Source: Nitrospinaceae bacterium
GTDB taxonomy: Bacteria; Nitrospinota; Nitrospinia; Nitrospinales; Nitrospinaceae
DNA length: 64,000 nucleotides
Reading direction: 5' to 3'
Assembly: GCA_965223665.1 (NCBI GenBank)
Contig: OZ245011.1
Coordinates: 3,264,001-3,328,000 of the forward strand
The stretch's first letter is position 1. The number at the start of each line of letters is the position of its first letter. This document shows positions 10,002-18,479 of this stretch, piece by piece. A program made the position numbers and the translations under genes. Below the pieces are notes generated by a model. The model was not told the origin of the DNA. It saw only the letters and a program-made list of their open reading frames with translations, and searched no databases.

Positions 10002-10571
10002 ATGAAAATTCAAACTATTCACGATTATGTAGAAAGATTAGGAAATCTTGTTCGTGTGCAAGCGCGAAAATCAGGAAGTAGTCACGATTTACAACCAGTG
10101 CAAGTAGAAGCGTTACATTATTTGTCCGTATGTAATAAGTACTCTGATACTTTGTTGACGGTTGCAGAGTACTTGGGTTTAACAAAGGGCACCACTTCAC
10201 AGACGATAAAAGTTTTGGAGACAAGAGGTTTCCTGACTAAAAAGCCTGATAAAAAAGACGGGCGCGTGGCTCACTTAAAAGTAACATCTAAAGGAAAACG
10301 GTTTATTGATAAAGCCATTCCTGCTCCAGTTTTAAAAGAGGGAACAAAGCTTATTTCATCTAAAAAACAAGATGATATCATTTCGAGCTTAAAGCTTTTA
10401 TTAGATTCCTGCCAAAAAGGAAATAAATTAAAAACTTTCGGAAGTTGTCATTCTTGCCGACACTATTTGAAATCTGGTAAAAGCAGTTATTGCCAGCTTT
10501 TTGATGAGCAGGTAACTAAGGAAGAAACTAATCAAATCTGCCGCGAGCATGAATACGTTGTAGGGAAATAA
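10002..10571 (+). CDS. MarR-family transcriptional regulator with C-terminal Cys cluster
   Basis: wHTH (VAEYLGLTKGTTSQTIKVLETRGFL..D..DGR); CHSCRH...C...CREH tail. Confidence 0.85.
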   Translation: MKIQTIHDYVERLGNLVRVQARKSGSSHDLQPVQVEALHYLSVCNKYSDTLLTVAEYLGLTKGTTSQTIKVLETRGFLTKKPDKKDGRVAHLKVTSKGKRFIDKAIPAPVLKEGTKLISSKKQDDIISSLKLLLDSCQKGNKLKTFGSCHSCRHYLKSGKSSYCQLFDEQVTKEETNQICREHEYVVGK

Positions 10572-11088
10572 TCTTTTAAACTTTACCCTAAGTAAAATTG
10601 GAAGGTTTTTAATAGTTGTGACTTCTGATTAGAAAAATGTAAATTCTTCAATTCCTAATTTAGGAAAGAGATGTCGATTACTTTTTCTTTTAAAAATATC
10701 TTTCATGGGAACATTATAATTAATTTCTCACAATAAAAGACTTGCAAAACTTGAGCAGAATTAATTTGATAAAAGTTTGAACATTTGAGTTTTTATAGCA
10801 TCGGAGATTTTCTGACTAGATATGTGAGTGAATCTCCGTTGCTTTCAAATGTGGTTAGATTTTAAGAATACTTAGAAAGGATGTTTTATTTATAAAAATG
10901 GAAATATTTCCCCAGATTATTGCAATAAAAGTATTTAAATAGTCTTGTTTTACTTGATACCCATTTATTTGAAAAAATACCTCTATTTTTTTTAAGTTCC
11001 TTAGCTTTACCCACCTTTGGCTCTAGAATTCCTCTAATTTTAGGCTATAATTCTCACATTATTACATATCCAAATAGCCATTTATAAA

Positions 11089-12300
11089 ATGAAAAAATAT
11101 TTTATTGTTATTTGTAACGGATTATCAGATGAACCTTTTGCGGAAAAGGACAATCTTACGCCTCTACAAATGGCAGATATTCCAAATTTTGACAGATTAG
11201 CTTCAGAGGGGAGATGTGGTTCTGTTCAAACTATTCCTGATGGATTGGCAGTAGGAGAAGAAATTTCTTATCTTTCATTATTGGGGTTCGATTCTGAAAA
11301 ATATCAAGCCGGAACAGGCAACTATTTAGCTCGAGCCTTAGACCTTGAATTAAATTCTGGAGAAATAGCTTTGGTTTGTGATTTTGTGATACTTCAATCC
11401 AGCCATAATGACATGATAATGAAAGATTATACTGCTGGTCAGATTTCTTCAGAAGTGGCCGAATCTTTGCTGAAAGCTTTAAATGAGCAAATCGTTGATG
11501 AAAACTTAACTTTTCACTATGGAGCCGGACATCAGCATTTATTAGTCTTAAAACATTCTCCTTTTAAAGGAAAATTAATTCCTCCCAATGAATTGATTGG
11601 GGAGGGGATTAGACAATATATGCCTCAAGGTTTAGAGTACAAAGAGTTAGTGTATATAATGAACCAAGCACAAATCATTTTGCATCATCATCCTTACAAT
11701 AAAAAAAGAATGCAGGATGGAAAGGATGCTATCAACAGTATTTGGATTTGGGGGGAAGGAGAAGAGCCTTCAGAACCATTACCATCTTTTTTCAGTCGAT
11801 TTGAAAAAAGAGGCTGTATTATCACTGCTTCGCTTGTAATGAAAGGGCTTGGAAAAACCGTTGGTTTAGAAGTTAAAACTGTAGAACAAGGAACAGGATA
11901 TATCGATTCAGATATTGAGACTAAAACTCAAGCTGCCATCAAAGCATTAAAAGATCATGATGTTGTTTTTTTACATATTGCTGGGGGTGAGCATGTTTCT
12001 TTGCAGGGTAATATTGACGATAAAATACAAATGATAGAAGAAATTGATCAAAAAGTGTTAGGCTCGATATTTGAATTTATAGAAACCAGAAGGGATGTCA
12101 ACTTGCTTTTGGTAGAGCCACATAGGAGTTCCGCGAATTTAATGAAATACAATAATGTAGCTGTTCCCTTTGTTACTTTCAACTCAGAAAACAAACCGGA
12201 TTCAGTAGAAAAATTTGATGAAGAAATATTAAGAACAGGATCTAATCATTTAAAAAATGGAACTAATTTGATTGAGGAATTTCTTAAAAATACGTTATGA
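11089..12300 (+). CDS. ApgM-like (cofactor-independent phosphoglycerate mutase family) protein with degenerate active site
   Basis: [41 protein letters not shown]; typical position before lysC-cimA. Confidence 0.8.
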   Translation: MKKYFIVICNGLSDEPFAEKDNLTPLQMADIPNFDRLASEGRCGSVQTIPDGLAVGEEISYLSLLGFDSEKYQAGTGNYLARALDLELNSGEIALVCDFVILQSSHNDMIMKDYTAGQISSEVAESLLKALNEQIVDENLTFHYGAGHQHLLVLKHSPFKGKLIPPNELIGEGIRQYMPQGLEYKELVYIMNQAQIILHHHPYNKKRMQDGKDAINSIWIWGEGEEPSEPLPSFFSRFEKRGCIITASLVMKGLGKTVGLEVKTVEQGTGYIDSDIETKTQAAIKALKDHDVVFLHIAGGEHVSLQGNIDDKIQMIEEIDQKVLGSIFEFIETRRDVNLLLVEPHRSSANLMKYNNVAVPFVTFNSENKPDSVEKFDEEILRTGSNHLKNGTNLIEEFLKNTL

Positions 12301-13580
12301 CCACGAATTTAATTGTCCAAAAATACGGCGGAACTTCAGTTGGAAGTATTGACCGAATAAAAAAAGTTGCTGAACGAATTAAAGAAACTCGAGAGTTGGG
12401 AAATAACGTTTTGGTTGTAGTATCCGCCATGGCTGGTGAAACTGATAAATTGCTCACTATGGCTCGAGAATTGTCCGACCAACCCCAACGTCGTGAAATT
12501 GATCTTTTGCTTTCATCCGGTGAAAGGGTTTCAAGTGCCTTATTGTCTATTGCGTTGCATGAAATCGGATGTCCTGCAGTAGCATTGACGGGTCGCCAGA
12601 TGGGTCTGTTGACAGACAGTACCCATACTAGAGCAAGGATAAAAGAAATCAATTCAGGGCGTGCCAAAAAAATTCTAGATGAAAACCATGTAGTTGTTTG
12701 TGCAGGTTTTCAAGGAGTAAATGAATTTGGGGATGTCACAACTTTGGGACGGGGAGGGTCTGACACTTCTGCGGTTGCATTAGCGGTTTCCCTTAATGCG
12801 GACCAATGCGAAATTTATACCGATGTCAAAGGAGTTTATACGGCTGATCCCAGAGTAGTACCTAACGCGAGAAAATTAAATATGGTATCCTTTGATGAAA
12901 TGCTGGAAATGGCTAGTTTAGGGGCAAAGGTTTTACAAATTCGTTGTGTAGAATTTGCTAAAAAATATCAAATGCCCCTGGTGGTGCGGTCTTCCTACGA
13001 AGAAGATCAGGGCACTCAGATTTGTGAGGAGAATCTAAATATGGAACAACCCGTAGTATCTGGAATTATGTATGACAAGGATCAGTCAAAAATTACCATT
13101 AAAGGGGTCCCGGATCAGCCTGGAATTGCCGCTAAAATATTTGGAGCTCTTGCTGAAGCATCCATATCTATAGATATGATCATTCAAAATGTAAGCGCTG
13201 AGGGTCATACAGACATTTCATTTACTTTACCAACAACATTCCTGCAAGAGGCTATAGAATTAATGAATGATTCTGCGAATGAAGTGAAGGCCATGCAAGT
13301 TTCTTCAGATTCAGAAATTGTAAAAATTTCTGTGGTAGGGGCGGGAATGAGGAGTCATTCAGGAGTTGCAGCAAAAATATTCAAAGTTCTTTCGGATGAA
13401 TCCATTAATATTATTATGATAAGTACATCGGAAATTCGCGTTTCCTGCATCATAGATAAAAAATACCTGGAACTTGCGGTCCGCGCTTTGCATAAAGGAT
13501 TTGATTTAGAAAATGGTCCTGAGTATTTTTTGGAACCAGGCAAAACTGAAAAACAAATAAAAACCCATAAAGCGGGTTAA
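12297..13580 (+). CDS. lysC: Aspartate kinase
   Basis: [43 protein letters not shown]; two ACT domains. Confidence 0.96.
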   Translation: MTTNLIVQKYGGTSVGSIDRIKKVAERIKETRELGNNVLVVVSAMAGETDKLLTMARELSDQPQRREIDLLLSSGERVSSALLSIALHEIGCPAVALTGRQMGLLTDSTHTRARIKEINSGRAKKILDENHVVVCAGFQGVNEFGDVTTLGRGGSDTSAVALAVSLNADQCEIYTDVKGVYTADPRVVPNARKLNMVSFDEMLEMASLGAKVLQIRCVEFAKKYQMPLVVRSSYEEDQGTQICEENLNMEQPVVSGIMYDKDQSKITIKGVPDQPGIAAKIFGALAEASISIDMIIQNVSAEGHTDISFTLPTTFLQEAIELMNDSANEVKAMQVSSDSEIVKISVVGAGMRSHSGVAAKIFKVLSDESINIIMISTSEIRVSCIIDKKYLELAVRALHKGFDLENGPEYFLEPGKTEKQIKTHKAG

Positions 13581-13582
13581 AA

Positions 13583-15169
13583 ATGAGTTCAATAAAAATT
13601 TACGATACTACCTTAAGAGATGGTTCTCAAGCTGAAGAAATATCCTTCACGGTGGAAGATAAAATCCGTATAGCCCATAAACTAGACGAAAACGGAATCC
13701 ACTTTATTGAGGGTGGCTGGCCTGGATCAAATCCCAGGGATGTAGAGTTTTTTAAGCGAGCCCAACATTCTAAATTCAAGCAATCTCGACTTGTTGCCTT
13801 TGGAAGCACGCGGTCTCCAAAAAATACGGCTGAAGACGATCCCAATTTAAAACAGTTAATTGAAGCCCAAACTGAATCAATCACCATTTTTGGAAAAAGT
13901 TGGGATCTTCATGTTCATGAAGCTCTTTCCGCAAGTTTAGAAGAAAATTTGAAAATGGTTGCTGACAGTATCCAATTTTTAAAGAAGCATGTGTCTGAAG
14001 TTATTTTTGACGCAGAGCACTTTTTTGATGGTTATAAAAACAATCCGGATTATGCCTTAAGGGTCATTAAGGAAGCTGAAAATGCAGGTGCTGATTGGCT
14101 GATTCTTTGCGATACCAATGGTGGATCTATGCCTTGGGAAATATTTAGTATTTTTCAAACAATTAAAGAATCAACCAAAGTCAAAATGGGTATACATACT
14201 CACAATGATTCTGAACTTGGGGTGGCCAATGCTTTAGCTGCTGTCCAAGCTGGCGCCGAACAAGTTCAAGGAACAATAAATGGTTATGGAGAGCGGTGCG
14301 GAAATTGTAATTTAGTTTCAGTGATTCCGAATTTAAAATTTAAAATGGGCTTGGACTGTATAAATGAAATTCAAATCAAAGGACTAAAAGAATTATCATC
14401 TTTTGTTGACGAATTAGCCAATAGGGCTCATTGGAATCATCAACCATTTGTAGGAAAAAGTGCCTTTGCCCACAAGGGAGGGGTGCATGTGAGCGCAATT
14501 AGGAAAAACCGTGCCACCTATGAACACATTGACCCTGCTTTAGTAGGCAACCAAACTCGAATTTTGGTTTCTGATTTGTCTGGGAAAAGTAATATTGTAT
14601 ATAAAGCCCAGGAATTCGGAATCGATGTAGATTCGAAGGACCCCAAAATCCAAAATTTATTAACGAAATTAAAAGAGTCAGAAAATTTGGGATTTCAATT
14701 TGAAGGGGCCGAAGGTTCTTTTGAATTAATGATGAGAGAGGCGATGGGGCAAAAAAAGCAACATTTCGAGTTCATCGGTTTTCGAGTGATAGTTGAAAAG
14801 AGAATGGAAGATGAGGAACCGATTTCTGAAGCGACTGTTAAGCTTAAGGTGAATGGAGTTCAAGAAATTTCTGCGGCAGAGGGTAATGGGCCTGTAAATG
14901 CTTTAGATAAGGCAATTCGAAAGGCGCTAATAAAGTTTTATCCTGAGTTAGAAGAGGTAAGTTTAATCGATTATAAGGTAAGAATATTAGATGAAAAAAA
15001 AGGAACACGAGCAAAAACCCGGGTTCTTTTGGAATCGGGAGATCACCACTCCAAATGGGGGACAGTAGGTGTTTCTCAAGATATCATTGAAGCCAGTTGG
15101 CAGGCATTGATTGATAGTTTGCAATATAAACTCAATGCGTTTTCAAAAGGAAAGTCACCCCTCAGTTAA
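13583..15169 (+). CDS. cimA: Citramalate synthase (LeuA-like family)
   Basis: [47 protein letters not shown]. Confidence 0.9.
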   Translation: MSSIKIYDTTLRDGSQAEEISFTVEDKIRIAHKLDENGIHFIEGGWPGSNPRDVEFFKRAQHSKFKQSRLVAFGSTRSPKNTAEDDPNLKQLIEAQTESITIFGKSWDLHVHEALSASLEENLKMVADSIQFLKKHVSEVIFDAEHFFDGYKNNPDYALRVIKEAENAGADWLILCDTNGGSMPWEIFSIFQTIKESTKVKMGIHTHNDSELGVANALAAVQAGAEQVQGTINGYGERCGNCNLVSVIPNLKFKMGLDCINEIQIKGLKELSSFVDELANRAHWNHQPFVGKSAFAHKGGVHVSAIRKNRATYEHIDPALVGNQTRILVSDLSGKSNIVYKAQEFGIDVDSKDPKIQNLLTKLKESENLGFQFEGAEGSFELMMREAMGQKKQHFEFIGFRVIVEKRMEDEEPISEATVKLKVNGVQEISAAEGNGPVNALDKAIRKALIKFYPELEEVSLIDYKVRILDEKKGTRAKTRVLLESGDHHSKWGTVGVSQDIIEASWQALIDSLQYKLNAFSKGKSPLS

Positions 15170-15277
15170 TTTTAGATTTTTCGTTTATAATAAAAACTTA
15201 GTTGACAGTAGAAAACTATTGATTTTTCGCGAAAAACTCTTACCATTGTAAAAGTGAAAACTTGAAAATGGGAGACC

Positions 15278-16831
15278 ATGCAAGGCTTGCCTACTACCCC
15301 AATGGGGGAGATCCCACACCAGCTCCCTCTAAAAATTTTACTGGTTGAAAGTAACGATGAAGATGCAAACTTACTGAAGCTGCTCTTAGGTCGTTTACAG
15401 AACCCCCCTTTTAGTTTGGAAGTAGTTTCCACACTAAAGGAAGGAATTAATTGTTTAGAAACTGGATCCATTGATTTAGTCATTTTAAACTTATTCCTTA
15501 AAGACAGCCAAGGGTTGGGAACTTTTAATGTTATTAATCAAAAGTTTCCCCATGTTGCTCTTGTGGTTTTTAGCACTGACCATAATGAAGATCTTGCCAT
15601 AAAAGTGATTCAAAAAGGTGCTCATGATTATTTGGTAAAAGAAAGTTTGGACTTAACCCATATCGTCCGCTCCATGCGTATTGCCTTTGATAATAAACAA
15701 ACGAAAATGGCATTACGAGCCCAGGAAGATCAAATAAAATCTGTTTTGAACCATTCCTTTGATACAATAGTCGTCTTTGATTTTAATGGGATTATCTTTT
15801 CAATAAATCCTTCGGGCGAAAAAACGTTTGGTTATAAAGCAGAAGAGGTCAGAGGTAAGCATATTAGCGAACTTTTACCAAATCCAATTTCCCAAGGGAA
15901 TGGGTCAGCTACTTCACAAAAAACACCATTTCCAAATATAAACTTTGCTATAAGTGACCAATTGATTGAATTTGTTGGCAAACATAAAGATGGGAACCGA
16001 ATTTCATTAGAAGTTTCTTTTAATGAAATTTTTCAGAATGATTGTAAATTAATAATGGGCATTTTTAGAGATATTACGGATCGTAAATTAGCGCAAGAAA
16101 AGTTAATCAAAGCTCAAAACGAATTAATACGTGCAGGAAAATTAGCTATATTAGGTGAAATGTCGGCAGAAATTAGCCATGAATTAAACCAACCTCTAGA
16201 GGCTATTCAAGCATACATAGACAATATTAATTTTTTGTTGGAACACAAGAGATATGAAGATGTGCAAAATAATTTTGAAGCGGTTTGTGATCTGACACAA
16301 CGAGCTGGAAATATTATTGATAATATAAAAAATAGATTATGTGATCAGTCATATGTTCCAGAATCTATTTCTGTCCAGGAAACATTGGAATCAACTCTTT
16401 CTTTATTATCTTTAGGAAATCGATTAAAAGATGTAGTGGTGGAAAAAAAATTCCCAAAAGAAATGTTGATTACCCAAGCGAATTCCCTAAAATTAGAACA
16501 AGCATTTTTAAACTTAATTACAAATGCCTTAGATGCAATGGATGGGGAAAAAAATAAAGTATTAACCCTATCGTTAGAAAGCAATAAAAATGAAATTTTA
16601 TTAAGCTTTAAAGATTCTGGCAAGGGTTTAAGTGAAAATGAACTTCCACATGTTTTTGAACCGTTTTTTACAACGAAAAACATCAAGAAAGGGTTGGGCT
16701 TGGGGCTTTCAATTTCTTCAAATATAATCAAAGAATTTGATGGTAGTATTGAAGTAAATAACAAATCCAATCGAGGGGCAGAGTTTATTGTCAGGCTACC
16801 TCTCCTATCTGAGCCTGTGAAAACTATTTAA
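15278..16831 (+). CDS. Soluble sensor histidine kinase: pseudo-receiver, PAS, HisKA, HATPase (DctB/NtrB-like)
   Basis: REC fold at N-terminus, PAS (NPSGEKTFGY...RDITDRK), HELNQPL H-box, N/G1/F/G2 boxes; no TM helices. Confidence 0.88.
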   Translation: MQGLPTTPMGEIPHQLPLKILLVESNDEDANLLKLLLGRLQNPPFSLEVVSTLKEGINCLETGSIDLVILNLFLKDSQGLGTFNVINQKFPHVALVVFSTDHNEDLAIKVIQKGAHDYLVKESLDLTHIVRSMRIAFDNKQTKMALRAQEDQIKSVLNHSFDTIVVFDFNGIIFSINPSGEKTFGYKAEEVRGKHISELLPNPISQGNGSATSQKTPFPNINFAISDQLIEFVGKHKDGNRISLEVSFNEIFQNDCKLIMGIFRDITDRKLAQEKLIKAQNELIRAGKLAILGEMSAEISHELNQPLEAIQAYIDNINFLLEHKRYEDVQNNFEAVCDLTQRAGNIIDNIKNRLCDQSYVPESISVQETLESTLSLLSLGNRLKDVVVEKKFPKEMLITQANSLKLEQAFLNLITNALDAMDGEKNKVLTLSLESNKNEILLSFKDSGKGLSENELPHVFEPFFTTKNIKKGLGLGLSISSNIIKEFDGSIEVNNKSNRGAEFIVRLPLLSEPVKTI

Positions 16832-18198
16832 TGAGCGCGCAAGGCAAAGTCATTTTTGTAGATGACGAGAAGCATATCCGTCACTCCAGAAAACAGACCT
16901 TAGAATTAGTGGGTTATGAGGTTTCCTGTTTCTCCAACCCTAAAGACGCTCTTGCCATGATCTCCCCTAGGTGGGCCGGTATCATTGTGACTGATATAAA
17001 AATGCCTGATATGGATGGGTTTGAGTTTTTGCAACAGGTCATAATGATTGATAAAGAAATCCCAGTTGTGGTAATGACAGGGCATGGTGATGTCCCAATG
17101 GCAGTCAAAGCGATGCGTTTGGGAGCCTATGATTTCATTGAAAAACCCTGTTCTTCTGAACATTTTTTAGAAGCCATCAACCGAGCCATCGAAAAAAGAA
17201 AATTAATTTTAGAAAATCGTATCCTTCGCTCAGAAATTGAATCTCAAAAATCACCAGGAGTAAAAATTATCGGTAAGTCACCTTCCATTGAACAACTTAA
17301 ACAAGTCATAAGGAATGTTGCAGATTCCAATGTCGATGTATTAATTCAAGGTGAAACCGGTACAGGTAAAGAGTTGATTGCACGGTATTTGCATGACCAA
17401 AGCAAAAGGAATAAAAAAAGCTTTGTTCCATTAAACTGTGGAGGGTTTCCGGAAACTATTATTGAAAGTGAACTTTTTGGTCACGAAGCTGGAGCTTTTA
17501 CAGGTGCAGAAGCTCGGCGCATTGGCAAGTTTGAGCATGCGGATGGTGGAACTATTTTTTTGGATGAAATTGAAAGCATGCCCCTTAACTTACAAGTAAA
17601 ATTGTTAAGAGTCATTCAAGAAAGAGTTATCGAAAGATTAGGATCCAATGAAATTATACCTGTAGACATACGTGTAGTGGCGGCTACTAAGGTGGATCTT
17701 AAAGAGGCCAGTCAAAAAAATGAGTTTCGAGAAGATTTATTTTATAGACTCAATGTTGTTAAGGTAGACCTGCCCGCTTTAAGAGAGCGGAGAGAAGATA
17801 TTCCTCTTCTGTTCCAGTTTTTTGTCGCCGAAGCTTGTGACAGATATAATTATGAAGTTCCGATCATATCCCGAGATACCATTCAAAATTTAATGCTCAG
17901 GTCTTGGGAAGGGAATGTTCGTGAATTAAAAAATGAGGCTGAAAGGTTTGTTTTGGGGATGTCATTGAAGACAATTAACGAAGGAGTGAATTTACCAAAA
18001 TTTACTTTAAGTCCGCAGCAGGAAAAAACTTTGAGTTTGGCTACACAAGTGGATATGTTTGAAAAAACTGCAATTGAACAAGAATTAATTCGGCAAAAAG
18101 GTGATATTAAAAAAACCTACACTGCTTTAGGTATTCCAAGACAAACTTTATACGATAAAATGAATAAGTATGGCCTTAAACGTAAAGAATTTATTTAG
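16831..18198 (+). CDS. Sigma54-dependent response regulator, DctD/NtrC family
   Basis: REC (VDDE, TDIKMP), GETGTGKE, ESELFGHEAGAFTGA, FREDLFYRLNV, C-terminal HTH; start overlaps the kinase stop. Confidence 0.93.
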   Translation: MSAQGKVIFVDDEKHIRHSRKQTLELVGYEVSCFSNPKDALAMISPRWAGIIVTDIKMPDMDGFEFLQQVIMIDKEIPVVVMTGHGDVPMAVKAMRLGAYDFIEKPCSSEHFLEAINRAIEKRKLILENRILRSEIESQKSPGVKIIGKSPSIEQLKQVIRNVADSNVDVLIQGETGTGKELIARYLHDQSKRNKKSFVPLNCGGFPETIIESELFGHEAGAFTGAEARRIGKFEHADGGTIFLDEIESMPLNLQVKLLRVIQERVIERLGSNEIIPVDIRVVAATKVDLKEASQKNEFREDLFYRLNVVKVDLPALRERREDIPLLFQFFVAEACDRYNYEVPIISRDTIQNLMLRSWEGNVRELKNEAERFVLGMSLKTINEGVNLPKFTLSPQQEKTLSLATQVDMFEKTAIEQELIRQKGDIKKTYTALGIPRQTLYDKMNKYGLKRKEFI

Positions 18199-18256
18199 TC
18201 CTTTCTATTTTATGAATAAATTTACTTAATGAGCTGGACTTTCGTTCCAGTTTTAA

Positions 18257-18293
18257 CAAATAATGTACGAATTTCCAGATTGTACATTATTTG
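18257..18293. promoter_or_regulatory. Perfect 12-bp inverted repeat; candidate enhancer (UAS) or terminator
   Basis: CAAATAATGTAC-N13-GTACATTATTTG, about 65-100 bp upstream of the sigma54 -24 box. Confidence 0.5.
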
Positions 18294-18357
18294 ATCTTTC
18301 CCGCCTCTAAAAAATCATTAAAAAACCCTTCTTTAAAAGACTGTAATTAAACAGTTT

Positions 18358-18374
18358 TTGGCACTTCTTTTGCT
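18358..18374 (+). promoter_or_regulatory. Sigma54 (-24/-12) promoter upstream of cheA
   Basis: TTGGCAC-TTCTT-TTGCT with exact GG-N10-GC spacing. Confidence 0.85.
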
Positions 18375-18479
18375 TGTTCCTAAAGTACCCATTCCATTAC
18401 AATTACAGAAAATTTGAAGAAAATAGAGTTTCAAATTTCTTGAAATACTGGGAAAAATAAAATATTTAAGGAGATTTCC

